Notes under the pieces: generated by a model | The model's input: only the letters and a program-made list of their open reading frames with translations | The model's database searches: none | Told to the model about the DNA's origin: nothing | Part shown: positions 1 to 7,570 of the stretch, one piece after another | How the letters are laid out: each line of letters opens with the position of its first letter | How positions within the stretch are numbered: the stretch's first letter is position 1 | Made by a program: the position numbers and the translations under genes | Origin: Verrucomicrobia bacterium UBA1211 | GTDB taxonomy: Bacteria > Verrucomicrobiota > Kiritimatiellia > RFP12 > UBA1067 | DNA length: 15,439 nt | Assembly (NCBI GenBank): GCA_002309585.1 | Contig: DBXN01000137.1 | Span: forward strand, 1-15,439 | Direction of reading: 5' to 3'

Positions 1-533
1 TCGAGGATGAAGGGCGTACCGTCCTTCCGGATCATCACGTTGGCGGGCTTGACATCGCGGTGCACCACCCCCTGTCCATGCGCGTAGTCCAAGGCCGCGG
101 CGATGGGCGTGAGGATGCGGACCACCTCGGCCTCCGGCAGCCCGGAAGCCTGCGACGGCGAGGGCGCCGCCGCCACATCCGCAAGATACTCGTCCAAAGT
201 TCGGCCGTCGATATAGTCCATCACCAGGAAGGGGTTACCGCCGTTCTCCTCGAAGGCGCGGAGCTGGACGATGTTGGGGTGGACGAGCTTCAGCGAGACC
301 AGCGCCTCCGCCTTCAATTGCGTGTAGGCCCGTTTGTTCTGGACCAGGATACTCGGCAACAGCTTCAGCGCCACGGGACGGTTGTCCAGCTGCGTGTCCT
401 CCGCCAGCCACACTGACCCCATCCCGCCCTGGCCGAGCTGCCGCACCGCGCGGTACCGCCCCGCCAGCAACGTCCCCGCCGCGCTCCCGCCCATCGTCAC
501 ATCATCGTTGATCGTGTTGCTATCCATCGCCAT
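1..533 (-). CDS. Ser/Thr protein kinase (Hanks-type), N-terminal catalytic domain; partial, the 3' end runs beyond the window start
   Basis: Reverse translation reads MAMDSNTINDDVTMGG..GRYRAVRQLGQGGMGSVWLAED..VALKLLP..HRDVKPANVMI... The Gly-rich loop, the VAxK motif and HRDxKPxN are all present. ATG at 531-533 (alternative 525-527) is preceded by a GGAGAAGG SD. It is near-identical to the 5' region of the 12882..14153 kinase gene. Confidence 0.85.
   Translation of the reverse strand, partial: MAMDSNTINDDVTMGGSAAGTLLAGRYRAVRQLGQGGMGSVWLAEDTQLDNRPVALKLLPSILVQNKRAYTQLKAEALVSLKLVHPNIVQLRAFEENGGNPFLVMDYIDGRTLDEYLADVAAAPSPSQASGLPEAEVVRILTPIAAALDYAHGQGVVHRDVKPANVMIRKDGTPFIL
1..533. repeat. Copy A of a ~0.53-kb direct repeat (kinase 5' region). 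Copy B lies at ~13590..14153 in the same orientation.
   Basis: By-eye alignment of 1-533 against 13590-14153 gives roughly 85-90% nt identity, with identical runs over 30 bp (e.g. ggttgtccagctgcgtgtcctccgccagccacac and agctgccgcaccgcgcggtaccgccccgccagca). Confidence 0.75.
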
Positions 534-764
534 GCCCTTACCTTCTCCAACCCCAAGACTCCGGACTTCAGACATCAGACTTCATTTTCATTCTGAAATT
601 CTGACATTAATCCATTATGAAATTCCACTCCGTCCTTCGCCGCGTTTCTCTTCCCTCTTCCCTCTTCCCTATTCAACCGTTGAGGGTTGCGCGTTGAGCG
701 TTGAGGGTCCACTAACCACCGCACCACCCAACCGCAGACCCGCCGCACTCACGCGGACGGGGCT
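534..764 (-). promoter_or_regulatory. Intergenic region upstream of the kinase paralog; AT-rich island with short direct repeats and a presumed promoter
   Basis: 231-bp gap between the Vps4-like stop (765) and the kinase ATG (533). A local AT-rich stretch (570-630) sits in a ~65% GC context. Direct repeats ctgaaattc (593-601) and atgaaattc (617-625), gacttca x2 (564-570, 578-584), ccctctt x3 (646-671) and gttgag x3 (679-705). A gagggttgcgcg motif resembles a REP half-site from 12871-12881. No clean -35/-10 could be assigned. Confidence 0.3.
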
Positions 765-1919
765 TCATTGCCCGAAGCGCTGCTGGTTGAACTGGTCATA
801 CTGTTTGATCATCGCGGGGGTGACGGAGGAAGGAATGACCTTCACCGCATTCTCCAAATCGGAAACGAGGACCATGGGATCATCCCCCGTCTCCACCCCC
901 CGTCTAAAGGCGGCGAGCCGCGCCTTGCGGACGATACCGACGATATCGCTGCCGGTATAGCCGTCCAGACGCTCCGCCCACACCGAATGGTCGATCTGCG
1001 GTTCGCAGGCGACACCCTTGAACGAACGCTCCAGCATACCCAGACGCGCCTCTCGGTCGGGAAGGCCGATATACAACTTCTCATCGAACCGGCCGGTACG
1101 GAAAACCGCCTCGTCAATCGCCCAAGGTTTGTTGGTCGCCCCGAGGATCAGCAGGATATTGTCGCTCTCCCGGAAACCGCCGACATCGGAGAGAAACTGC
1201 GTCACGATGCGGTTGTCCACCACGGAGGAGCTGGCGGTACGGCGCGGCAGCAGCCCGTCGATCTCGTCCAGAAAGAGAACCGCGACGGGACGCGAAGCCG
1301 CCGTCTTCAGCAGACGGCTCAAGTTCTGCTCGCTCTCGCCGTGCCACTTGGAACGCAACTGCGCGCCGGAGGCGTAGAAGAACGGCGCGGCGATCTCATG
1401 GGCGATGGCCTTGCCGAACATGGTCTTGCCGTTTCCCGGAGGCCCGTAGAGGATCACGCCTCCGCCCGGCTTCAGTTTCATCGCCTTCGCCTTCTCGGGT
1501 TCGCGCATCGGATAGATGATCATCTCCCGGATCGCGGCCTTGGCCTGGGTCATCCCGGCGATGTCGTCAAAGGTCACATCCGGAATCTCAGCAACTTCGA
1601 ATGACTCCCCACCGTTCTCCCCGCCGGCATCCGTCTGAGGCGGGTTGCTGGCCGAAGCGGACTGCGGTCCGCCACCATGCGCGGTGGCGTTATTCCGCTT
1701 CGGCAGTTTCGCGGTTGCGAGCTTCTCGGCGATCTCCAGCCATCCTTCCGCCGTTGTCACATAACTGGCGGCGACCGGTCCCGTCGTCTGCTTCGCCAGC
1801 GCGAAGCAGAACTCCGCCGCCTTGGCGGCATGCAACCGGGCGGCGGGGGCATCACCCGCCTGGATGGCGGCTTCGCACGCCTTCTCATGCTCCGTTTTTT
1901 TATCCGAAAGAAAACTCAT
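765..1919 (-). CDS. AAA+ ATPase of the Vps4/katanin/spastin-like type with an MIT-like N-terminal three-helix bundle
   Basis: Walker A GPPGNGKT, Walker B LFLDEID, second region of homology ATNKPWAIDEAVFRTGRFD. The C-terminal helix IPSSVTPAMIKQYDQFNQQRFGQ resembles the Vps4 C-terminus (..RPSV..DLLK..KFTEDFGQ). The N-terminal ~75 aa is predicted helical and MIT-like. Located 9 bp downstream of the peptidase gene. Confidence 0.85.
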   Translation of the reverse strand: MSFLSDKKTEHEKACEAAIQAGDAPAARLHAAKAAEFCFALAKQTTGPVAASYVTTAEGWLEIAEKLATAKLPKRNNATAHGGGPQSASASNPPQTDAGGENGGESFEVAEIPDVTFDDIAGMTQAKAAIREMIIYPMREPEKAKAMKLKPGGGVILYGPPGNGKTMFGKAIAHEIAAPFFYASGAQLRSKWHGESEQNLSRLLKTAASRPVAVLFLDEIDGLLPRRTASSSVVDNRIVTQFLSDVGGFRESDNILLILGATNKPWAIDEAVFRTGRFDEKLYIGLPDREARLGMLERSFKGVACEPQIDHSVWAERLDGYTGSDIVGIVRKARLAAFRRGVETGDDPMVLVSDLENAVKVIPSSVTPAMIKQYDQFNQQRFGQ

Positions 1920-1928
1920 GGCAGATTC

Positions 1929-3059
1929 CTATTCATGACGGTCCGACAGATCGACCCCGATCGTCTTGAGCAACGCCAAAATCTCCCCCATGCCGATCGC
2001 TTCGGCGGCGGAGGGATTGGCCTGAATAAAGTTGAGGAGCCGTTCGATCGAATGCGGATGGGTTGTCGCGGCCACTCCGCGGATAGACTCGAAAACCGCC
2101 AGCGCAAGTTCCCAGATGATCGTCCCGAGCCCCAGCGTCTCCCGGTATTCGCTGGCGCTCACGACCGAGGAGGCGAACGAATCGGCCTCCCGTTCATGGT
2201 TACGGCTGATCTCGTCATTGAGAGCGGATCCGCAACAGTGCCCCAACGCGAGATGGCCGAATTCGTGGGCCAACACACCGATGACTGTCCCGCAGGCGAG
2301 TTCGACAGTCTTCGTCTTCCACTCCTCAACGGAGAGTACGCCGTTGAGATGACAACTGTTCGCGAAGGTGGCGGCGAGTTCCGATGTCAGGCGTGTACCG
2401 TTCCGCTGAAAGTGCTCCACCATCGCGGCGATCACCCGCTGGAAGGGGACAATCCCGACCCGACCCCCCCACGCCGGATCGTCAACGGCCATTTTCCAGC
2501 CGGTATACGCCGCGGCCATCAGCATGGCGTAACGGACAGCGCCGGAAAAGAGGCAGATCGTGGGGAAGCCCTCAAGCGGATCCATCCGCGCGTAGGCGTT
2601 GACCTGGGCGTGATCCAAAAAACCGCCCAACTCCTTCGAGCGTTCCAGCGAGGTCTCGATGAACTTCAGCTGGAGCCGGGGAACCAATGCCGCATACTGG
2701 CTATTGCTGACGACCGATGGCGAGGAACAGACCATCTCCATCAGTCCTTTGACGAGCTGGGCGTTGAAGGTCCAGACATCCCCGCAAACATCGGGGAAAG
2801 GCGACGGCGCAGAAACCGCCGGCAGGGCAGACACGCCCTCCCCCCGGAACGCGGGAACATCGCCATTTCCGGCACCGTAGTTGGGAAGCGCCTGGCCGAC
2901 GCCACCCGACACCCCGATCCCGGCGCTCCGGCTCTCCGGTCCCTGACCCATGCGCCGCCCAAGATCCTGCTGGCGTTGCGCAAGCCGCTGCTCCAAATCC
3001 CGTTGCCGGTCAGCCAACCGTTTGTTGATGCCGTCCAATGCTGACATAACGTTGCTCAC
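1929..3059 (-). CDS. HExxH zinc-metallopeptidase-like protein (ImmA/IrrE M78-like or M48-like catalytic motif) with an N-terminal coiled-coil/low-complexity region
   Basis: Motif LAHEFGHLALGH, then 14 aa, then NHEREADSFA (an HExxH followed by an ExxA(D/N)xFA third-ligand motif). The track start at 3059 is a GTG that overlaps the upstream stop as GTGA; an in-frame ATG lies at 3045-3047. No signal peptide. Confidence 0.7.
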   Translation of the reverse strand: MSNVMSALDGINKRLADRQRDLEQRLAQRQQDLGRRMGQGPESRSAGIGVSGGVGQALPNYGAGNGDVPAFRGEGVSALPAVSAPSPFPDVCGDVWTFNAQLVKGLMEMVCSSPSVVSNSQYAALVPRLQLKFIETSLERSKELGGFLDHAQVNAYARMDPLEGFPTICLFSGAVRYAMLMAAAYTGWKMAVDDPAWGGRVGIVPFQRVIAAMVEHFQRNGTRLTSELAATFANSCHLNGVLSVEEWKTKTVELACGTVIGVLAHEFGHLALGHCCGSALNDEISRNHEREADSFASSVVSASEYRETLGLGTIIWELALAVFESIRGVAATTHPHSIERLLNFIQANPSAAEAIGMGEILALLKTIGVDLSDRHE

Positions 3060-3694
3060 TTTCCGCCAAGAAGATCTTTCACCCGCTGCTGTCCGGCGGC
3101 GATCCGGTCATCAATGGCCTGGCCGGCCGAGGCGGGCGCCGCCGCGCCGCCGATCTCCGCCGCGACCTGCTGTTCCAGCTCCGACGCCATATCATCGAGC
3201 GACGGGATGTGGTCCTGAAGCGCGCCGTTCGCGCCCGCCATCTCATTCTCGTACATCCGGTTCCAGAAACGGTCGGCGTTCACCTGCTCGCCCAGCATCT
3301 CCTGGGCGGTCCCGAAGACATCCTCGACCCGTTCCGGATCGATCCGGATGATCGCATTGATCTGGCCCAGCGCCTCGGCGAACTGGTTGTCGGACTGCGC
3401 GACCTCCATCTTCGTCAGATACTGCTCGAAGACCCAGCGTTTCTGCTCCAGCTTCATCGCCAGCACCTGCGCCGCGCGAGCCGCGGTCAGCGCACGGTTG
3501 GCCGCCGCCTTCTCGCCGCTCTTCAGCGCCTCGCGCGCCTTCTCCCAACTCTCCTTCGCCTCTTTCTCCAACCGCTTCTGACGGTCGATCACATCCTGCT
3601 TGGCGTTCTCGGCGTCCCGGAACGCATGACGGCGCTCACGCCGCTCCAGACGGCGGCGGGCGGCGGGAAACATGAAATATTTTAAGAATGACAT
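3056..3694 (-). CDS. ESCRT-III/Snf7-like protein (PspA/Vipp1/ESCRT-III superfamily)
   Basis: 212 aa with a basic N-terminus and an acidic C-terminus. The segment IDRQKRLEKEAKESWEKAREALKSGEKAAANRALTAARAAQ follows the CHMP alpha1-alpha2 pattern (LDRExxKLE..IKKAxKxGN..A). The C-terminal amphipathic helix IDDRIAAGQQRVKDLLGGK looks MIM1-like. A strong SD (AAGGAG) lies 6 nt upstream of ATG 3694. Confidence 0.7.
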   Translation of the reverse strand: MSFLKYFMFPAARRRLERRERRHAFRDAENAKQDVIDRQKRLEKEAKESWEKAREALKSGEKAAANRALTAARAAQVLAMKLEQKRWVFEQYLTKMEVAQSDNQFAEALGQINAIIRIDPERVEDVFGTAQEMLGEQVNADRFWNRMYENEMAGANGALQDHIPSLDDMASELEQQVAAEIGGAAAPASAGQAIDDRIAAGQQRVKDLLGGK

Positions 3695-3732
3695 AAGGGT
3701 TTCTCCTTCCTTCGAGGCAGCGGACCACCGTT

Positions 3733-4653
3733 TCAGAAATCGGCCAACGGATCGGCGGGGACAGAAGGTTCCCCGGGCCCTTTCTCCGCCTCCGACGGCT
3801 CCGTCAAAGGCACATCCGGAAGCTCGTCCCCAAACGCGGCCAACGCATCGCTGAAGGATCCGTCATCTTCCCGTTCGTGGCGAACGCCGGCTTTGTCGAG
3901 ATCGCCGATCGCCCCGTCGATGTCATCGGCGGTATCGGCGGCATCCTCAACCTCATCCGTCAGTTTATCGATACCCGCCTCGCTGATACCCTTGAGGTTC
4001 ATCGCCACCAGCTCGTTCATGCGGCCCTTCACCTTGGTCAGTACCGTCTCGTTCTTCAGGTAGGCGGCCATCTGACGTTCCAGCGACTGGTATTCGGCGA
4101 GCGCGCTCTTCAACTCCATCTCCAGAATCTTCTTCCGGGCGGGCGGCGCCGACTGATAGAGCTTCTTCTTGGCGACAATCAACCGGTAAAGCTCATCATA
4201 GCGGCGCGCCACCGGCTCGCGTCGAGCCCGATTCTCCTCGATCTGCGCCTCAATCGTCCGCATCGCCTCCTCGGGATCGCGAATCCCGGCGAGCCGTTTC
4301 GCGAGACTGCCCGCCCCTTGCCCGAGCTTCACCGCGAACTCCCCGATCTGTTTGAGGATCGACGCTTTCTTCGCGGCCGGCAGTTTCGCCGCCGCATTCG
4401 GATCCACTGTCTGGCCCGCTTCGTTTCCATCAATCATTTTCAATTCCTCCGTCTTCTCATGAACGCGACTCTCCGGGCTCAACATCCCGCCGGATTTCCA
4501 ACCGTGTGCCGGACACCGCCGGTTACCATTATGCCAGTGAAAGGCGCAGAAGACACTTCCGCACCCTTCACTCTCACACCGACCGGCGACCGCGTACCGA
4601 TTGGGCAGGACGCGGCCGCAGACCGAACAGACTTGTGGCTCAGAACCGGCCAT
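3733..4653 (-). CDS. Zinc-ribbon / Snf7 (ESCRT-III) fusion protein
   Basis: N-terminal zinc ribbon CSVCG..C.SEGCG..C..H...C.H. The core ARKKILEMELKSALAEYQSLERQMAAYLKNETVLTKVKG...VAMNLKGISEAGIDKLTDEVEDAADTADDIDGAIGDLD aligns with the CHMP4/Snf7 alpha2-alpha4 pattern (KNKRAALQALKRKKRYEKQL...KAMK..DIDKVDELMQDI.DQQE). The C-terminal tail ELPDVPLTEP...PSVP is MIM2-like. SD GAGGTG; the stop of the upstream gene is 1 nt away. Confidence 0.75.
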   Translation of the reverse strand: MAGSEPQVCSVCGRVLPNRYAVAGRCESEGCGSVFCAFHWHNGNRRCPAHGWKSGGMLSPESRVHEKTEELKMIDGNEAGQTVDPNAAAKLPAAKKASILKQIGEFAVKLGQGAGSLAKRLAGIRDPEEAMRTIEAQIEENRARREPVARRYDELYRLIVAKKKLYQSAPPARKKILEMELKSALAEYQSLERQMAAYLKNETVLTKVKGRMNELVAMNLKGISEAGIDKLTDEVEDAADTADDIDGAIGDLDKAGVRHEREDDGSFSDALAAFGDELPDVPLTEPSEAEKGPGEPSVPADPLADF

Positions 4654-4654
4654 C

Positions 4655-5764
4655 TCACCTCACACGCGTGGACGCTTTGATGAACATCACAACCAGCGCC
4701 AGCGCGGCCAGAATGGCCAGCGGCACCACCACCGCCAAAACCGGTTTCGCGCGGAGCGCAGGGAAAAGGGTGCAGATCCGCTCCCACCACCCGTACTCCG
4801 GCGTGTAGGGTTCGGAGATGCAGATCGTGTCGCTCCAGAGCTGTTCGCGCGTGGAGGCCTTTTCGATGCAGGCCTGGATCTCGGCCGTCAGCGTATACTT
4901 CTTTTCGGTCGGAAGCGTCGATACGGGCGTCACCGACAAATCCCGGAGCGATCCGATCAGCAGGGCATCCGCCTGGTCGGGCTTGTCACGGAGCGCGAGC
5001 CGAGCCTCGCCCGGCGTGGCGATGTCGAGATTGACCGTCGTCAGGTCTGTACGGGCAACGGCGTCCCGCACGATATCGGCGGCATAATGGTCCCGATCGC
5101 CCGCGAAGGGCAGGAAGGCGACCCGTTTCACACCCGCCAGTTTCGGCGAACCTTTAATCGAGGCGATGATGGCCTCACGGAGTTTCCCCTGCATGATGTT
5201 CCGCAGCGAGACGGGGATGTCGGTCAACCCTTTCTCCGAGGCGGAGGCATCGGGAATATAGTACCGCTTGGCGAAGATACCGCCCCAGAGATGGCGCTTT
5301 TCCGCGATGGAGGTCGCATGCAGCTCGATCTCAAAGAAGACACACCGCTCGTTGCGCGAGGTATTCCGGATGAATGCGGAGAGGAGAACCTGCGCCGACT
5401 TCAGTTTTCCGAATCGGTCCACCGTGGCGGGATCCAGAATGTCCTCTTTGCGGGCATCCCAGGTGATCTCCTTGAGAATCTCGTTCCACAGCGGATCCTC
5501 CTTACCCTCGACGCAGGTCTTGCCAGCGCGGGTCAACGCGATCTTCAACTGCCCCGCGATCCACCCGTCCGTATCGCCGGCGACCGGAAGGATCGCCACG
5601 GCGGCGGCCGCCGGGATCCCCGCCGTTTTCAAGGCCGCCTCGGCATCCTGAACCGCGCCCTGCACCGCCTGCCTGAAATGCTCATCGACAGGAACCGTCT
5701 GCGCCGCAGCCATCCACGCGACCGCCGCAACCGCCATCCATATCCACCGTTTTTTCATCGTCAT
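4655..5764 (-). CDS. Exported protein with two tandem CsgG/LpoB-like (TolB-N-like) modules and a C-terminal transmembrane anchor
   Basis: Signal peptide MTMKKRWIWMAVAAVAWMAAAQ (start at 5764 or 5758 chosen over the track's 5812; SD AAGGAGG directly upstream). Modules AILPVAGDTDGWIAGQLKIALTRAGKTCV...ILKEITWDARKEDILDPATVDRFGKLKSAQVLLSA and VAFLPFAGDRDHYAADIVRDAVARTDLTTVNLD...ALLIGSL match the CsgG-family pattern. C-terminal hydrophobic helix PVLAVVVPLAILAALALVVMFI. Paralog of 5788..6972. Confidence 0.65.
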   Translation of the reverse strand: MTMKKRWIWMAVAAVAWMAAAQTVPVDEHFRQAVQGAVQDAEAALKTAGIPAAAAVAILPVAGDTDGWIAGQLKIALTRAGKTCVEGKEDPLWNEILKEITWDARKEDILDPATVDRFGKLKSAQVLLSAFIRNTSRNERCVFFEIELHATSIAEKRHLWGGIFAKRYYIPDASASEKGLTDIPVSLRNIMQGKLREAIIASIKGSPKLAGVKRVAFLPFAGDRDHYAADIVRDAVARTDLTTVNLDIATPGEARLALRDKPDQADALLIGSLRDLSVTPVSTLPTEKKYTLTAEIQACIEKASTREQLWSDTICISEPYTPEYGWWERICTLFPALRAKPVLAVVVPLAILAALALVVMFIKASTRVR

Positions 5765-5787
5765 CTCTCCCTCCTTTTCCAGAAAAC

Positions 5788-6972
5788 TCATTTGACGTAA
5801 CCGAGATCCCATTCGGGATGTTTGACCATCAGCGTGTTCAGAAAACCGTCCGAGAATTGTTCCGCATCAAAAACGATCCGGAACGTGAACGTTCCCGTCT
5901 TCGCATCCTGGCGGATCAGCCGCGCCGAGCGCACGCCCTTTTCCGCATTCACCGTCTGGCAGAATTCGGCCTGCAACTTCAACTCATCCGCCGACACCAC
6001 CTTCTCACGAAGCTTCAGCTCAACCGTCGAAACCTTCAACCCGACCTGTTCCGGCGTGAAAGAGGCTTTCACCCACTCGCCCGCCTCGGCGGTCAGCGCG
6101 TTCGCCAGATTCTTCTCCGCGGCGGCCTCGCCCAACCCGCGCGCGCCACTCTTCGTCACCGTCTTCTCAGCGAGCGTACGGGGATTGCCTCCCAAGATCC
6201 GGGTCTTCAGCGAGAGGGAACCGGTCAGTTTGTACCACTCGCCCGTGCGGTCAAACACCTCGCGGGACGCGGAGACTGTAACCTCGACATCGGGAGGGAA
6301 CGGGCTGTCCACGACATAACCCGCCTTGGCCAATGCGTTGCGGATGGCTGACGCGGCATCATCGATCACAACCGCCGCATTTCCCTTCTCGCAACGGACC
6401 GCAACCCGGATCCGGGAAGGATCCGCCATACCCTGCGCCGTCTCACCGATCGTCTTGATCGGCGCGAATTTACCGTCGATCACATTGGCGCCCCACACAT
6501 ACTGCTTGGTCTTGATGGCATAGGCCAACAGATTCAGTTCCGCCACCGTCTCCTTGGGACCGTTCTTGACGATCTCAACGGCGCTTTCGAGGAGGATCTG
6601 CGTGGACTTCAGCTCACCCAACGTGTCGATCGTCGCCGGATCGACGCTCCTCAGGATCGCCTGGCGCTCGTCCCATTTGATCTCGGAGAGAATCCGCTTG
6701 AACCGCGCGTCCTTCTCCTCGTCATTGGCGGTCACGCACGTCTTTCCGGCGCGGGTCAGCGCCTGGATCAGAAGACCCTCGAAATAACCTTCCTGATCAC
6801 CCTTGACCGGAAGGACCGTGATCGCCTTCCCGTCCAACACGGAAACGGACCGGATCTCCGACTCCACCGTCCCGGCGAGTTGCCGTAACGCCGCGCGCTC
6901 CTTTTGGTCAAACGCCAGCAGCGTCAACGGGGCGAGAAAAACCAGCATCAACCCTTTTGCCATTGCCTTCAT
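5788..6972 (-). CDS. Exported protein with CsgG/LpoB-like modules (paralog of 4655..5764)
   Basis: Signal peptide MKAMAKGLMLVFLAPLTLLA. Modules ITVLPVKGDQEGYFEGLLIQALTRAGKTCV...FKRILSEIKWDERQAILRSVDPATIDTLGELKSTQILLESAV are near-parallel to the downstream paralog. The ATG abuts the stop of the upstream lipoprotein gene (TAAATG). Confidence 0.65.
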   Translation of the reverse strand: MKAMAKGLMLVFLAPLTLLAFDQKERAALRQLAGTVESEIRSVSVLDGKAITVLPVKGDQEGYFEGLLIQALTRAGKTCVTANDEEKDARFKRILSEIKWDERQAILRSVDPATIDTLGELKSTQILLESAVEIVKNGPKETVAELNLLAYAIKTKQYVWGANVIDGKFAPIKTIGETAQGMADPSRIRVAVRCEKGNAAVVIDDAASAIRNALAKAGYVVDSPFPPDVEVTVSASREVFDRTGEWYKLTGSLSLKTRILGGNPRTLAEKTVTKSGARGLGEAAAEKNLANALTAEAGEWVKASFTPEQVGLKVSTVELKLREKVVSADELKLQAEFCQTVNAEKGVRSARLIRQDAKTGTFTFRIVFDAEQFSDGFLNTLMVKHPEWDLGYVK

Positions 6973-7554
6973 TTATTTCCTTCCTTTCACGTTTTGATCC
7001 AACCAATCCGCAATCGCGCAGGCCAAAGGCGCAACCAAGACCTTCTCTGCATCGGCGCGGCCCAATTTGCGGGGCCCCTGCACGACAAAACGTTTGTCTA
7101 CCGTCTCTGTCCCGTCCGCAGCGGCAAACGCGATCCGTGCGTCAACCTGCCCATCGCAAACGAACCACTCGTCCAGCCTGGCCTTCACGGAGGAGGACGC
7201 GGAGAGAGTCAACCCGGCATAGGGCACGTTTCCGTCAATGAAACGATACCCGCGTTTCGTCAGCTCCTCACGGAGCCGGACGGCGATATCCGCCGCAAAT
7301 GTCGCTCCCGTCGCCCCGCTCGCCGCCACGCTGACCGTCACGGTATCGGTCACGGGTTTCGGCTGTTCCTGAACCGGCGCGGACTCGGCGACCGGCGCGG
7401 GAACGGGTTCAGCAACCGGCGCGGGCGCTTGAACCGCCGGAGACTCCTGGACCACCACAACCTCCACCGGTATCGGCCGCTGCGTGACGCATCCCGAAAA
7501 CACAACCGCCGAAAACGCGGCTACCGCCGTCAATAGACCATTCACCTTCTTCAT
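6973..7554 (-). CDS. Lipoprotein with a Pro/Ala-rich linker and a C-terminal alpha/beta domain
   Basis: Start chosen at MKKVNGLLTAVAAFSAVVFSGC (lipobox VFSGC; ATG 7552-7554; AAGGA ~10 nt upstream) rather than the track's 7761. Linker PAVQAPAPVAEPVPAPVAESAPVQEQPKP. The C-terminal segment FAADIAVRLREELTKRGYRFIDG resembles the CsgG/LpoB-like module of its neighbours. Confidence 0.65.
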   Translation of the reverse strand: MKKVNGLLTAVAAFSAVVFSGCVTQRPIPVEVVVVQESPAVQAPAPVAEPVPAPVAESAPVQEQPKPVTDTVTVSVAASGATGATFAADIAVRLREELTKRGYRFIDGNVPYAGLTLSASSSVKARLDEWFVCDGQVDARIAFAAADGTETVDKRFVVQGPRKLGRADAEKVLVAPLACAIADWLDQNVKGRK

Positions 7555-7570
7555 TTCATAATCCTTTCGT

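Noticed and set aside
1677-3044. 455-aa plus-strand ORF
   Set aside because: It lies entirely antisense to the peptidase and Vps4-like genes. The product is Arg/Gly/Pro-rich low-complexity sequence typical of antisense frames in high-GC DNA, with no recognisable motifs.
4601-5800. 399-aa plus-strand ORF
   Set aside because: Antisense to the CsgG-like gene, with no motifs. The minus-strand product has a signal peptide and recognisable modules.
5765-5812. Longer N-terminus (MGSRLRQMSFLEKEGE...) for the CsgG-like protein, overlapping the upstream gene by 25 bp
   Set aside because: The SD AAGGAGG sits inside this extension, and the signal peptide begins at the internal Met (5764 or 5758). The overlap is therefore unlikely.
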